Shown here piece by piece: positions 40,603-56,042 of a stretch of DNA of 64,000 nt. Positions within the stretch are counted from its first letter, which is position 1; every line of letters begins with the position of its first letter. The stretch comes from the human T2T-CHM13v2.0 reference genome, Homo sapiens: the NCBI RefSeq assembly GCF_009914755.1, contig NC_060927.1, one strand, 5' to 3'. The notes beneath the pieces are model-generated. The model did not search any database. It saw only the letters and a program-made list of their open reading frames with translations, and was not told where the DNA came from. Both the position numbers and the translations under genes were made by a program.

Positions 40603-41477
40603 TTACTGGTCTAGAAAAATCAGATCTGTTCATATACATGGGTAAAATGGTTTTTAGCTATCCAAAACTACAATTTTTATTCGTGGCATGTGTGAGTGCT
40701 GTACAATTCACATAAATCCCATATTTGATTCTCACAAGAAACGTAAGACACAAGGACTATTATCACTTCCACTTTATGGATGGTGACATTGAAACGTAGA
40801 GACGTGTAGTAACTTGCCTAAAGTTGCACAGCTAGGAAAAGATGTAGCTGGAATTTGAACTAAGGATTTATGTTGTTAAATCTACTTTCTCTACTATTCT
40901 TACCATAGAGCTGTATTTAGCTTCATAAGTGTTTGTTTTGGGGGAAGGTTGCATGTTTCTGATTTATCTTTCAAGAATATTTGCCCAAATCAGTGACTGG
41001 ACCCAAAAAAAGAGCTGGGATTATGTCTTCGTGAGCTCAATGGATACATAAGAATGCTCTTTTTCAACAGCAGGCACATGCGATCTCTATTTGACCACCT
41101 TAATGTGATTCTCCCTAGACAAACTCTTTCCTCTTTATTTTTATTTCTGTCTCCCATACACATTTTCTCAGAGAACAACCCAGTTTACCACAAGCCTGAA
41201 TGTTGGTGCAAGAGCGTATCTAGAAAGACCCAATATTTGAGAGACTTCATTCTATTTTCCCATCTCCACGTAAGAGACCAGAATGTCAATGTCATGGTGG
41301 AGATGGAGGTGAATAGGGGTGTGGTCCCTGTCTATACCTCCAGCAAGTTATGTAATCAATCATGACCCCCAAGATTTGTGACCTTCTTAAGGAAATGATG
41401 ATGCCCTTCTCATCATTGTACCTTCTAGCACAGTGCCTAGTAGAGAATCCTCAAAAACGATTGGATGGAAACTTGGG

Positions 41478-41683
41478 CCAGTGTGGATCACTAGAACTTC
41501 TGCAGTGATGGAAACATTTATTATTTGCATTGTCCAATATGGTAACCTCTAGTCGCAGGTGACTACTAAGTGCTTGAATTAATGGCTGCTAAGGAACTTA
41601 TTTTAAATTTTTATTTTAATTTAATCAATTTTTAAATTTGAATAGACCCATGTGACTAGTGGCTACTGTACTGGACAGCCCAG
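41478..41683. mobile_element. MER3-like hAT MITE
   Basis: 'agaacttctgcagtgatggaaac...tgtccaatatggta...catgtgactagtggctactgtactggacagc'. Confidence 0.75.
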
Positions 41684-41774
41684 TCCTAGGCTATAAAATC
41701 AGGAAAATAATTCCCCATCTGTTTATCTTACAGCTTGTGGTGAGGAATACATGAAATAATGAATAAATTAAAGA

Positions 41775-42000
41775 TAGTATCATATGAGGAAATCAGATGG
41801 TTTGGTTTAAATCCCAGTTCCATTACCTTCTATCTCTGTGACCCTTGACAACTTTATTTAACTTCCCTGAGCCTCAGTTTTCTTATGTGAAAAATGGATT
41901 TAATGATAACTACCTTTTACAGGGTAGTTAAGTGGATTAAATAATAGGTATGAAAAGCCTAGCACATCACTTGACAGACAGAAAGTGCTCAACAAACTAT
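41775..42000 (+). mobile_element. MIR
   Basis: 'tttaacttccctgagcctcagttttcttatgtgaaaaatgg...aagtgctcaacaaa'. Confidence 0.85.
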
Positions 42001-42982
42001 TTTTAAAAATGAGGGTATTTTGGAATGCACAGAGCTCTGTATAGGGGCGATATATGATTATTAGCAGAAAATGACAGGACCCGTGTTTGCTCCCCTAAAC
42101 TGTGTCTTCTTCTCTGGAGAGGACATGGCTGTGTTGGCTTCTCCCTTTTCACAGCCACTTTTTGGTCATATACTAGATAGCTCACAAATATCTGATGCTT
42201 TAGATGCATCCCTGAAATAATTCTCTGCTCCTGGAATAGCTTGGCTTTCCTGGAGTGACATGCATGCTGTCCCTGTGCCACCGAGGAGGTCAGGATGAGG
42301 TCTGCTCCCAGGTCTCCTCTGCCTGCCTCCTGACACTGAAACTTTGCAGAGAACAACTTTGTCTAGACAAGCAGTGGCTCGTCTGGCTGCTGCAGCAGCT
42401 AGCATCCTCATTGTTTCTCTCTGTGTTGGCTGCAAATTCCTTTTTCTGTTTATCCCCTCAGGAGCCTAGGCTCTGGGAGTGTAGCATGGGGGTTGGAGGG
42501 AGAAAAAGCAGACGTTCCCAAGACTGTCATTGCCATGGGCACCAGCCATGTTTGTGGTGCTGTTACTGATATGGCCCAGAGATGGCATGAACATCAAGTT
42601 GTCAAGGACAGCCTACTGGTTCTAGTTACTGAAGCTACCACCAATGTTTTACAGTGGATTCCCTGCCAGCCACCAGACTGGGAAACTTCAAATTGTTTAA
42701 AAGAGGCACCTCCTATCCCCCAGCCTGATGCTGGAGCAAGAGAGCTACTCACAGTGCCTGAAATATATCCTGGTTCTCATTTTTCCTCTGCTCTTAACTC
42801 TACCCAGAGACCATCGTGCAGATCTATTCTGCAGGTGGGAAATGGAGGCAGAGCAGAACAGACTCGCAGACTTCGATCATTCCTTCAACGAACAGTTGCT
42901 GAGGGCAACAATCCCAAGTGCTGACTGTTGCAGAGCGAGTCTAGAAGCCAATCCCTTGGAATCTTAATATATATTGGCTTGT

Positions 42983-43280
42983 GGCCGGGCGCGGTGGCTC
43001 ACATCTGTAATCCCAGCACTTTGGGAGGCCGAGGCAGGCGGATCACGAGGTCAGGAGATCAAGACCATCCTGGCTAACACTGTGAAACCCTGTCTCTAAT
43101 AAAAATACAAAAAATTAGCCGGGCGTGGTTGTGGGCACCTGTAGTCCCAGCTACCAGGAGGCTGAGGCAAGAGAATGGTGTGAACCCGGCAGGCGGAGCT
43201 TGCAGTGAGCCGACATTGTGCCACTGCACTCCAGTCTGTGCGACAGAGCGAGACTCCATCTCAAAAAAATATATATATAG

Positions 43281-43325
<45 letters not shown>

Positions 43326-43332
43326 CATATAT
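42983..43332 (+). mobile_element. AluY with (TA)(TG) microsatellite tail
   Basis: 'gatcacgaggtcaggagatcaagaccatcctggctaacac', 'gaatggtgtgaacc'; tail 43262-43332. Confidence 0.93.
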
Positions 43333-43334
43333 AG

Positions 43335-43473
43335 ATTTGTTTATTTACAATCTGCCCCTGCCAATAGAATGTGAGCTCGTGGAGCTCGTGGAGCCCAAGG
43401 ATTTTGTCTACCACTGTAACCCTAAAGCATGGCATGTAGATAATCCTTAATCAATATTTGTTGAATAAATGAA
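43335..43473 (+). mobile_element. L2 3' end
   Basis: 'tagaatgtgagctc...aatatttgttgaataaatgaa'. Confidence 0.7.
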
Positions 43474-44140
43474 GGACTACTCTTTCCTCATCGATGAGTC
43501 TTTTAAACAAAACATGTACTTAGAAAGCCCGTGACTATAGCTCTTCTTCCAAAAGTACCAGCTCTATTGATGTGGCAAACACATTGACTCACTGACTCAA
43601 TATTTGATAATCATTTCCCTCCTTCCTTCCATCCCTTCCTTTCTTTCCTCCATTCTTCTCTTGCTCACTTTTTCATTCATGTAATATTTATTGAACATCT
43701 ATGATTGGCAAGGCACTCTGTAGTGTACATCAATAACACAGAGCCTTCAACACATTTGTCTTTGCTTATCTAGTGTGTTTGGAAAAAAAGAAAAAACAGA
43801 AATAGAGACCTTTCTGTTGTGTGAAGGATGAAGATTTATTGGTGCTTGGAGAAATTGTTGAAAGATGGAATTAAAACTAGAGACACAAGTTGAACTAGGC
43901 AGTTTACAGCGACATCCTGAAAATCACCTAAGGGAAAAATTGTAAGGCTGGAAGGGAAGATATAGTCTTACTGTGATGTTTTCATGGTAGGAATATTTCC
44001 TGGACTAAATCACAGGTTTAAAACACACAACACAAATCCATTCTACTGCAAAGACAAACTTAAGTTCATACGATGTCAGCTGGCAGTATAAATAGTCTGG
44101 AATCTGGGGTGACAAAGATACAGAGTACATTGGTCTAAAG

Positions 44141-44803
<663 letters not shown>

Positions 44804-45999
44804 CTACCAATGAAAAGCAGTCCACAGTTCATATCATTACATCATCAACCCCAATATGTTATTGTTCTCTCTTTCTGCAATAGGGCTACTAAGCTAATGA
44901 TCTGAGATAACTTTCCATAAGTGAAATACTGAACGGTCAAAGTATTTTTACTCTAGGCTTCCCAGACCACTGCCCTTTTGTTGTCTCATGCCAGAGCTGG
45001 ATAAATAATCAGATCAATTCATGTTTGCATTGAGGCTTGATTTGGCATACGGCAGCCTTATAACTGAAGATTTCTTCACCTGTGCTTGCTTTGTGGTTAC
45101 AGATCTCAAAATGCCCATAAACTTGATTAAACTTGTCCCTTGTATGCCTCCTCATTTCACATGCAGATTGTTTGTGATTCCGAGTTACATAATTCTCAGT
45201 TTCTCAATAAAGCAACCAGCAGGTGGTATGCCTTTTTGTTTGAAGAGTTACCTCCCTGTGTAAAAATGTGGAGCCAGGTGTCTCTCACTGAGTTCAACGG
45301 ATCCAAGCATTTAGACCTCCTAGGACTTTCTTAAAACCTAGCCCTGATTTTTTTTTTCATGTAAAATAAATATTTTGAAAGAGGGACCAAAGCATTTGAT
45401 CATTCTCTCTTCAGTTACTGCAATGCAAAAACTGAAAAATGGGATCCTTTTCGCTGTTCTGGTAATAAGACCTTAGTGAAAGATAATCATTTAAACAGCA
45501 GTTTCCAGATACACATTTACTATAATCCTCACAATCCAATAGAGTTATTTTTACGCTTTTACAAATGAGTAAAGTGATGCTCAGAGTTCCAGTAATTTAC
45601 CTAAGGACACACAGCGATTAAGATAGAGGGTCCAAACCTATACTCTTTCTACTCTGCTATTCTTCCCAAGAAAGGCATGGAAATAAGGACTACAGAGTTC
45701 TCTGTGATCATTACCTACAGAAATGGTGGATTTCTCTACATTTCTTATAGTCCAGTAGGTACAGAACCCTATTACTAATGAAAGTTGGTTTACCTAATCT
45801 TAACTAGTATGCAATGACCAATTATTTTTGTTGTTATTTCAAATGAAAATGAAGATGGTGGACATTTGGAAGGTGATGGTAGAATATAGAAGAAAGAATA
45901 AATTAAATTTCATTTTCACTGGAGAAGCACTATAAAGGAATAAGCTAGATCTGAATGAGAAGGTGAGGCATAGTCAAAGTTACCTTTAAGAACACAAAC

Positions 46000-46428
<429 letters not shown>

Positions 46429-47164
46429 AAGCAAACATTTTTTAAGACAAGGAATGTTTATTAATTGACTCTTACCTAAAGCTTGTTGATAGCTTTTCTA
46501 TAAAGCCCCTCCTGTCCTGTTATCCCTGTTGCCTGTTTTCTCATTCATTCACCCATTTATTGAGTGCTGACTAAAGGCCAGGCTTTATGTGAGATCTTGG
46601 GACTATCAGGACAATATGGCCTGTATTTGCTCTCTGGAATCTTGAATTTAGGGCCTCCATGTTGAAACCATCCTCCTCATTTCCCCACTGATGAAGACAA
46701 AGAAGGCTAGATGAAGAACTACTGAAATACAAACACAAACAGCATGGCACATAGAGAGAAGCTTGTCCCTCACTTTGAAGTTTTATCCTAGAGATTTTCC
46801 ACAGGACATCTCTTTCTGTCTCATCATGGGCTCTTTCTTATCTCCTGAGCCCTTAAAACCACAACTCCAAGTTCAGCTTCTTTTGATCTGCGGGGATATA
46901 GGTTAAGAAAGAGATGGGGAGTAGCTGCTTATTTCAGCTTCCCAGGCAACCCAAAGGCAGGGAGAAGACGCAGAAATAAAATATTGCTGCAGCAAGTTAA
47001 ACCTGCACTCTCCCTTCTAGGCAGTCATCCTCATTTAAGGGTCCTAGGAAGATTGGGGTCAGTGAAGATGATATCCTAAACATCCAATTCTCATTAATAA
47101 CTGAGACCATTTTATTAATCCATTCTTTAAAACCTTTAAAAACGTATATTTTAAAAATAATACA

Positions 47165-47400
47165 TGCTGATAGAATGCACAACACCAAGAGTGGACCCTG
47201 ATGTAAACTATGGACTTTAAGTGATAATGATGTGTCAATGTAGGTTCATTGATTGAAACAGATGTACCACTCCAATGGGAATACTGGCGGTGGCGGAGGC
47301 TGTGCATGGGGCAGTTTGGTAGAGGGTATATGGGAACTCTCTCTACCCTCTGCTTAATCTTGCTGTGAACCTAAAACTGCTCTTTAAAAAGTCTATTTTT
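47165..47400 (+). mobile_element. L1MC1/2-like 3' end
   Basis: 'atgtaaactatggacttt..gtgataatgatgtgtcaatgtaggttcat...gctgtgaacctaaaactgctct'. Confidence 0.85.
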
Positions 47401-47538
47401 CAAATGTCATACACATTCATAGGCTCATTATAAGAACTTTAAAAAGTTGTAGGAGAATACAAAGAGAAAGGTAAAAATCACCCAGCATTCTTCCAACCCT
47501 AATGTGAGATGAGTAGGATTAATGATTTAGTAAACATC

Positions 47539-47956
<418 letters not shown>

Positions 47957-49562
47957 TCACTCAGCATGTTTTCCTGTCTATTAGTATTGATCCACATGGT
48001 TTTTAATAAGTTCATAGTATTGCAGACATAAATGTGCCATAATGTACCAAATCATTCTCTTATTTGATAGCCACTTTGGATTTTTGCTCATACAAATAAT
48101 GTGACATGAATGTTTCTGAACATAAACCTCTTGCCTATTCCAATATTCTTTGAATCTGTGTATCTTCCCAGTCCCTAGCATGTTTTGGAGAATGTTCTGA
48201 ACTAAATATTCTTAATATGAATGTGAGGTGGTTCTTCTTTACACAAAGTACACATCTAGGCAGAGGATCTTTATTAATTCTACTTCTGACACTCCTATTG
48301 GAGAAAAAAGAGGAAGAAGATTTGACTGTGTGATCACATCTGTAATGTCTTTAGTCAGGGCCTTGCACATAGTATGTGCTCAATAAATAATAGCTGTGAC
48401 TATTATTGTTGTTGATGTTATTTCTTTTGCTTGGTCCAAGTGTCCTTCCTGAAAAAGACCTGAACACGGCATAGGGTGACCTGAACAACAGAAAATGTGA
48501 AGAAAACTACATTTGTAGTCACTAAAAGTTTCTGACTCTGGCTGTAATTGTCAGTTGTAGAAACAACTAATCACCCAGAGAATGCAGTTCACTCAAGCAT
48601 CCTCTTTAGACATACAGTGCAATGGCTGTGAAACGGAGACACAGACCACATGTTCCATGGAAGCCATGATAATGATCAGATATATTTACTCATTTGTGAT
48701 GAAGAAAGGGAGCACAATTTTTCTGGCTTTTGACACATTATTATCTCGGTTCCAACTTTCTTATCCCAAGGAAATAGTAAGACATGTTGGACTTTTATCA
48801 ATGGCATTCCCTGTCAGATCCTGTGGGCTACCACTCCATGTTGGATCACTCCCAGAGCCTTCCACAAAAGCCTCTAAAACTGTCTGCTTTAAACCCTTCA
48901 ATTATAAAGCAGTTAAAAAAACAAAACCCTCAGACATAACTGCTTCTGCCTAAATCTACCATGCTGTTTGTAAGACTGTATGTTTATGATATGATTTTGA
49001 ACATCATCTTCAGGAAAAAATTCTTACTGGTTTATGCTCAGATTTATGGGTCTATTCTTTGCCCCAAGGTGAGATGAAAGCAAAATCAATAAGGTTAGTT
49101 TTGGATTGCTTGAAGTAAGTAACACAAGCCAATTTTCAGTAACCTCAGATCAGTGAAGTAGGAGAAAATTAGATAAAGAGAGAAAAATCAAGAGGGCACG
49201 CTTGTGTCTCTAGGCACATCATTTGTGTCGATGACAGAATTCATTTAAAAATTATAAGCAATCGTGTTTTAGTAGCATTAGAGAAAACAGCATAGGTTGT
49301 ATTAAATTTGATACTAGAAGTACTAGAAATAACAACAAAAATGTTTTGCCCTGGCACCTCCCTGACCCCCAATCAGTAACCAGCCTCATTAGTCATGGCA
49401 CCTCTCACATGAGGCCCCTATCACCGCTTTCATAAATATAGTAAGATTCTCTGAATCAAAATCCTGTGTTGTCTCAAAAAATAATTATAAATAATAATTA
49501 TGATTATCATTTATTGAGCACCTATTGAGTACCTGGCACCGTACTAGGTCCTTTGCACATAT

Positions 49563-49845
49563 GAGTCAATAAAAATTTACTGAGAGCCTACTATGTGCCA
49601 GGCATTATTCTCCATGCTAAAGATACAGCAGTGAACAAGTTACACAGAGTTCCTGCTTTCTGAAGGCTTCCAGTCTGAGACAATCAATGAGCTTATGAAC
49701 AAACAAACAAAGATAGTAAGTGCTATGTAGAAAACTGAAATAGGGCAACATGATAGAAAGAGATTGGGTGGTCTCTGAAGGCAGTATATTTAAGCTGAAA
49801 TCTTAATAAAAGGAGGAGCTACCCCATTGGGGATGAGTGGGGAGA
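49563..49845 (-). mobile_element. L2 nested in MIR
   Basis: 'atttactgagagcctactatgtgccaggcattattct...gatacagcagtgaacaag'. Confidence 0.75.
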
Positions 49846-51109
49846 ATTTAATCCTCTTGACAATCCTATCAGTCCTATTCCACAGAGGAGGAAAATGAAA
49901 CTCAGAGGGGCTAGATCACTTCTCCATAGCAGGCCTGCGATACACAGACTGCTCCCAGTTTACAAATGCCTCTCTAAAGAACTCACACTGAGTGTGGGCT
50001 GCCACAAGGCGGGAGGGAAATGGAGAAGACAGGTGATTTGGGACATGTAACCTCAGAGTTTATTATTTCAGGTGCAACCAGCCTGAGTGAAATAAATTTG
50101 GAGAGGGAGAGGGAGCTGACTTTTTGGTGAGCATCCAAAGAGCTGGTCTTGTTGGAGAATAGGGAATGCCCAGCATCCACATGAGCAAGGCCAGGCCAGT
50201 GTTTGATCCTGGCTCTCTTGGGGCTGCCACCTTTCATTTCCATCGCTGGAGGTAGATGCTGAACATCACATTTAAAATCAATCTCCTCAAGAGAAGCAAA
50301 CTGTGAAAAGCTTTTTGGGGGTGCCATGACCTGCTTACTTTGGCTCATTAGCTTATCATTGCAAAATATGAAAAAAAATTTCATTGGACTCCAAGTCTCA
50401 CATATTCTGGACTTGCTGGCCAACCCTGCCTTCTTTCGGGGGTGTCTCTGTTTTCTGCAAGCTTCTGATCAGGGATTTATGATGACTTAGATGACCACTT
50501 CAGAGCGGGAACTTGTGTTTTTAAAATAATCTTTGTATCATCCATGTCTACTTGAGGATTGGGTATAGAATGGTTTCTCCTCACATTCTGAATACGTGGA
50601 TGAGTGAATCCAGGTTCCAGCAGGAATGAGAGGCACGTACCCCTTCAGTCTCCTCATGCATGTCTCATGACTGGCCACAATTCCCAAGGTGATGATTTAG
50701 TTCCTTTCGAGGGTGACTGCTTCCTATTAAGACACAAGGAATGGCCTCCATTTGTTGTCTGTGTATTAAAAATAAATACATAGGCAGGAAGATTATCCTT
50801 TATAGACCACAGTTACACATTCTTACCTAATCCTCATTTCTTGATTTGGCGAATCATCGTACTTTGAGGATCTGGGACTCCCGCATTATGGAATCTAGGC
50901 TTCTTCATCTCCTTCTTCTGGAGTCAATCTGCTTTCATAAAAGGGAGATCATTCCTGTTTTCATAATAGGTAATACCCAAGTACTGTAACCTGGTAGTCC
51001 TCAAAATGGCTCTGTAGCTTATATATGTGCATGAGTATGTCTGTGGGGATGTGTGTGACTATATGTGACAGTGTGTGAGTATATGTGACAGTGTGTGGTT
51101 ATGAGCTTG

Positions 51110-51810
51110 ATAAAAATGAAGATATCTGGATGCCATCTCAGTACTACTTAACCTCAGTTCCTAGCAGGGATTGGGGGACAGATATCTATATTTTAATAAG
51201 CACTGCATGTAATTCTTAAACACATTCAAGTTTGAGAATCTGGTCCAGGAGAGTGGTTTTCAACACTGGAAACATACTAGAGTCTCCCAGCGAGATTTAG
51301 GAAATCTTGATGCCCAGACCACACCCGGTTGAATCAAATCAGACGCTCTGGGAGGTGGAGCTCAGGCATCCATAATTTTCAAAGCTCCTTGAGTGATTCT
51401 AATATGTAGTCAAGACGGAGAACTTCCTTTCAGCATAGCTTGACATAAAAAAAAAATTCAATATAGGGAAGTCAGGCCTGAATCAAATCTATGAGAGTAC
51501 CTTACTTCAAGTTCTCAAGAACTTCCCTTAGAGCATTAGTGATACTCTGTTCTTTGATCAGAAAGATAACTTTACTGAACAGGTAAAACTCATATGCCTG
51601 CAGCCAGCTTTACTGCTATGCTCAATTGAGAAACTTGCTAAAAGCCAGACTTCTGGGACCTACTTATAGACATGGATTGATTCATCAGGGGCCGCTGGGG
51701 GGAGGGGGGGGGACAGTGGGCAGCGGGGGAGCCTAGGAAATGGTGTTTTTAACAAGCAACTAGGTGATTCTGATGCAATTAACCCTTGGTCTAAGTCTCA
51801 GAAACAGTAC
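51110..51810. mobile_element. Cluster of MER5-family MITEs (about 3 copies)
   Basis: 'ttttaataagcac...aagtttgagaa', 'agtggttttcaac...tgattctaatatgtagtcaag', 'ttttaacaagc...ggtgattctgatgca'. Confidence 0.7.
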
Positions 51811-51817
51811 CTTAGAC

Positions 51818-52045
51818 TAGCCCTTCTCAATCAGGGGTGACTATCCCCTTCAGGGGACATTTGGCAATGTCTGGAGACACTTTTGATTGTCACAGCGGGA
51901 GTCTGTGTGTGTCTGTGCTACAGGAATCTGGTGAGTCAAGGCCAGGGATGCTGTTCAATGTCTTACAACCCAAAGGACAGCCCCCCAAAAACAAATAATA
52001 ATTATCCCGTCCAAAATATCAAGAGTGCCAAGGTTGAGAAACTCT
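51818..52045. mobile_element. MER20
   Basis: 'ggggacatttggcaatgtctggagaca...ggccagggatgctg...gtgccaaggttgagaaac'. Confidence 0.9.
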
Positions 52046-54891
52046 AATCTCTCTTCTCAATCAACTTCCTTTCTGCTAGCCTCAAAGAAAGGCATCACCC
52101 TCTTTAGAACTTCCACAGCTCTTTCTGGTGTGAAAAATCACCTGTGTCTGATTCATCTCCCTGACAGAAGAAAACCCTCCTCAGGCCAGGATCCCCGCTT
52201 CATTCATTTCTGAGTGTGGCCTCATTTCTCCTCCAGCACACAGTCCTCCCTCCATAAATATTCCAGCCATTTCAAACAAAATGAAAATACCCTTCAGGAC
52301 CAATCACGAGATGGCTTTGTGATTGGTAACCATGCATACCCAGTGTCTACAAGGAGAAGGAAAACCCATGGCCGGGGCTCATTTTCAGCCTAAAAGTTGA
52401 ATACAAATCTACCAGCCTTCATCTAAGAAAATGGCTCTCCATATATATTTTTTTCAACATTCATCAAAAATTCCAGTGGCTTCTGGGGCTGCTTGGGGTC
52501 TCTAAAGGGCAAGTCAGTTGTGTGAACACGAGGACCACCCACGGAGCTCAGCCATCACGCAAGGAACCTCGTTGGCTGTGTCTACTACAGTGTCCGGCTA
52601 CCAGTTGGCAACTATTAAGTGGTTCACTTGGTCCCTGAGCCAACCCTGAATTCCAGAAAGTCAAATCCAGCAAATAACTTTACACAGATCTGTGAGGGAA
52701 ATGAACAAGGGAACAGTGCTCCCCATGGCTCTAAAAATAACCAGGTAATTACCTCTGAAGATCTCTTAAGAAGATGCACTTAACTGCACAGAATGAAGCA
52801 GCAAAGGCCTCATTCGTTTGTTGATAGGAGCTGTCTCTATGTAGTCAGCCAACTTTGGAGTGTTGGAAACCCAATCAATATTTGGGTACTATGGAGTTAC
52901 TATGCTACTGGGCTGATCATAGTTAAAAACAAGAAACTGCCCTTAGTGAGGCTGACCTGACCACATTTTTTACTAAATTGATCATGCTAGTTTTCCTGAC
53001 TTTGATTTTTGTTCTGATTTTAATGCTTGGCATGAATGTTGTGGTGAAAGGTATCCACTAATTTTTACTTTATGTGTTGGAGAAATGTATCAACACCATC
53101 AATTCTTTAAATGCTACTTTAAAGATATTCCACCTCCAGCAAGACTGTTGAATGCAGAAATGGAATATATCACAGATTGGTGGTGAGGTTCCACCAATTT
53201 AGCAATTTTTCTCCCATGGTTAATCACCCACAGAATACACTGGTCTTTCTCTTCTTCGTGTTTTAATTTGCAGTCTTGGCAATATATGCTAAAATGACTT
53301 GGAGTTATGAAAAGTATGAAACAGTGTTTGTTTCAAATAGTTGGCTAGGTGCTTCATCAGCCGGAGGCCTAACACAGGTGTGAATATTTGTTTATAATCC
53401 AAACACAGCAAAGTACAGTCCCATTTTGCACTCCCTTTTTTCCATATAATGCTTTAAATATTTTCTTCGTGATGGCCAGTGACTTTGTTTAACTTTAAAA
53501 AAGGCTGAATGGAAAGAAAGGGCCTGGTGACTGGAAACTGTTTGTACAAGGGCCTGCAGTGAGTGATGCTAAGCTGAGCTGGGCGTGGAGCCCTGACATT
53601 TTGTCAGCTCCCTCAGGAGGCAGATGTGATGTCCACGACTCACCTGTCAAGTGCTGATAGAAAAACAACTCTGTCCTAGGTAGCCGTTAAGGCTACATAC
53701 ACGACCTCTAACCCCAGGACCCCTTCTGGAGTTTTCCACTGGGTGTCAAAATCCTTTCAAATACTTCCAGCTGGGCATCTCCTTGAAGTATAATTGCAGC
53801 TCAGCATTTTAACACTGGGTCCTTGCGGAGGGAATTTCTCTGTCTTTTATTTTCCCCTCCCCCACGGTAAGGACCAGTTCTGACATCTCACTGGTAGCAA
53901 GAGAGAAAGGTTGCCCTCATTGTTTAAAACAGCCTTTGCCTCCCAGTTGAATCCAAGTGTCCTCCTGAAAGTAGAGTATTTTTGAGGCCACTCGAATTCC
54001 TGTTCTCATCTCAAACTTCTGAAGCCCTTCATGCATCCTGCATGACAATAAATTTTTCCATGCTCTGGGGCCCAGGGTCTTCCAAGGGCTTGTTTTCATT
54101 TCTCTTTTTGCAAAAGAGGCAACAACAAAGAGGAACTCAGATGCCCTGACTCCAAGATTCAGTGTTTAAAAAAATAAAACAACAACAACAACAAAACCTA
54201 GTAATTGAATTTCAAGACAATGTGCAAGTCTTTTGATCTCCATTTTCTCCTAACATGATAGAAACCCCCAAAATTATTTTTTTAAAAAAGAAAAAAAAAT
54301 TGGGGGAAAACCAACATACGATGTAGCTCAGAGAAAAGAATTCATGGCTAAAGCAATACATTTCTCACAAATGGAAATGTGCCTCTTCAATCAGCACAGC
54401 AAAAACTGTCAGTTGATTTAGGCCATTCAGAGTAATAAATAATGAATTTCATGGAGGAAGGCAAAATCATCTTAAAATTATATCAGTTGAGCTCCAACAA
54501 GCTCTAAGAGTTCTTGGATTGAGCATTTCTCAAGACGAACCAAAATGGCCTTGGACTGTGTCCACAAGGTAACAGATCTATAGCAATCTCGTTGAAGCCA
54601 CATTATTTCCACTGTTCCTTCAAGAGATGGTTTCTTTTTTTCTCTCATTTCTCAGTCAGACTAAAGGACCTCAGCGTTTGCTAAGCACATGGATGTTCAT
54701 GGCTCCTCTACAGAAATTTTGATTTAAATGAGCTAAAAATGACCAAAATAAAAGGAAAATCACAAACTATAATCTTTAGAAAGTATTAACATCATTTTCT
54801 CCATTTTATGAATGAGGAAATTGAGATTCAGAGAGGTAAAGTGGCCTTTTCTCCCAGGTTATAGAGCTAGTAAATGACAAACTCTCAATGA

Positions 54892-55182
<291 letters not shown>

Positions 55183-55824
55183 TAAAGCCCTGGGCTTAAA
55201 AGTGGTTCATACATTTCTGGGAAAAATAAACTGACAGATGATTATTGGACCCATGATAGGCAGATAGATAAACAGATGGCACCATTCATGATAACATATC
55301 CTTAGGATGGGAATACTAACTGGGCTAGTTTAGGTGCTCAAATTAGCAAAGTCATTGTACAACCTGATACCTGGATGTCATATTTGCCTGACTCTTCTAG
55401 AACAACTGCATATGATAAATTGTGTCAAGTGAGGTTAGCCCTTCTGCCCTCCCTGTGGGATCCTAGGCTTAGTTTTCAGGCATTTCCTCCCATTTTCTTT
55501 TAAGAGAGTGTGTGCCATCAGCCTGAGTCACTTCAGCTTCCTCAGTCACCAGAAAGCCCCTAGACAGCCCAGCCTAGTTCCCATTGCCCGGCCCAGGCAC
55601 CAGCTGTGTCCAATCAAAGCAATGGCCTCCGACCTTGTTATTCACATGCTTGGATGTTTAGTCTGATGACCTGGGGAACTGGAAGAAGGAAAAAAGTATA
55701 AATCTCTGGAAGAAACTAGAAATGTTCTGGGTCAAACAATATTTTTGTAGATCTGTTGTTTGTGAATACTCTTTCTGAAACCACTTAGCTTATTGTGAAA
55801 TGCACTGTTGAAGGATGCAAAGGA

Positions 55825-56042
55825 TGGTGTACTACCTTGATAGGCTCTGCACCATCAGAATCAGCATCGCTTGGGAGCTTGTTACGAATGCAGTATCTTA
55901 AGTCCCAGACCCACTGAATTAGAATATTAATTTTAATGTTAGGAATGCAGTGTCTTGGGTCCCAGACCTATTGAATTAGAATATGAATTTCAATGAGATC
56001 CCTAGGTGATTCACATGTACATTTAAGTCTGCAAAGAGCCCA
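55825..56042. mobile_element. MER5A-like with internal ~57-bp tandem duplication
   Basis: 'gaatgcagt.tctt..gtcccagacc...tgaattagaatat.aattt.aatg' occurs twice. Confidence 0.7.

Noticed and set aside
42493-42924. 143-aa ORF downstream of a good acceptor-like site (42461)
   Set aside because: Non-ATG start, no recognisable domain, no supporting exon chain.
49983-50423. 146-aa minus-strand ORF in unique sequence
   Set aside because: No recognisable homology; compatible with chance in 64 kb across six frames.
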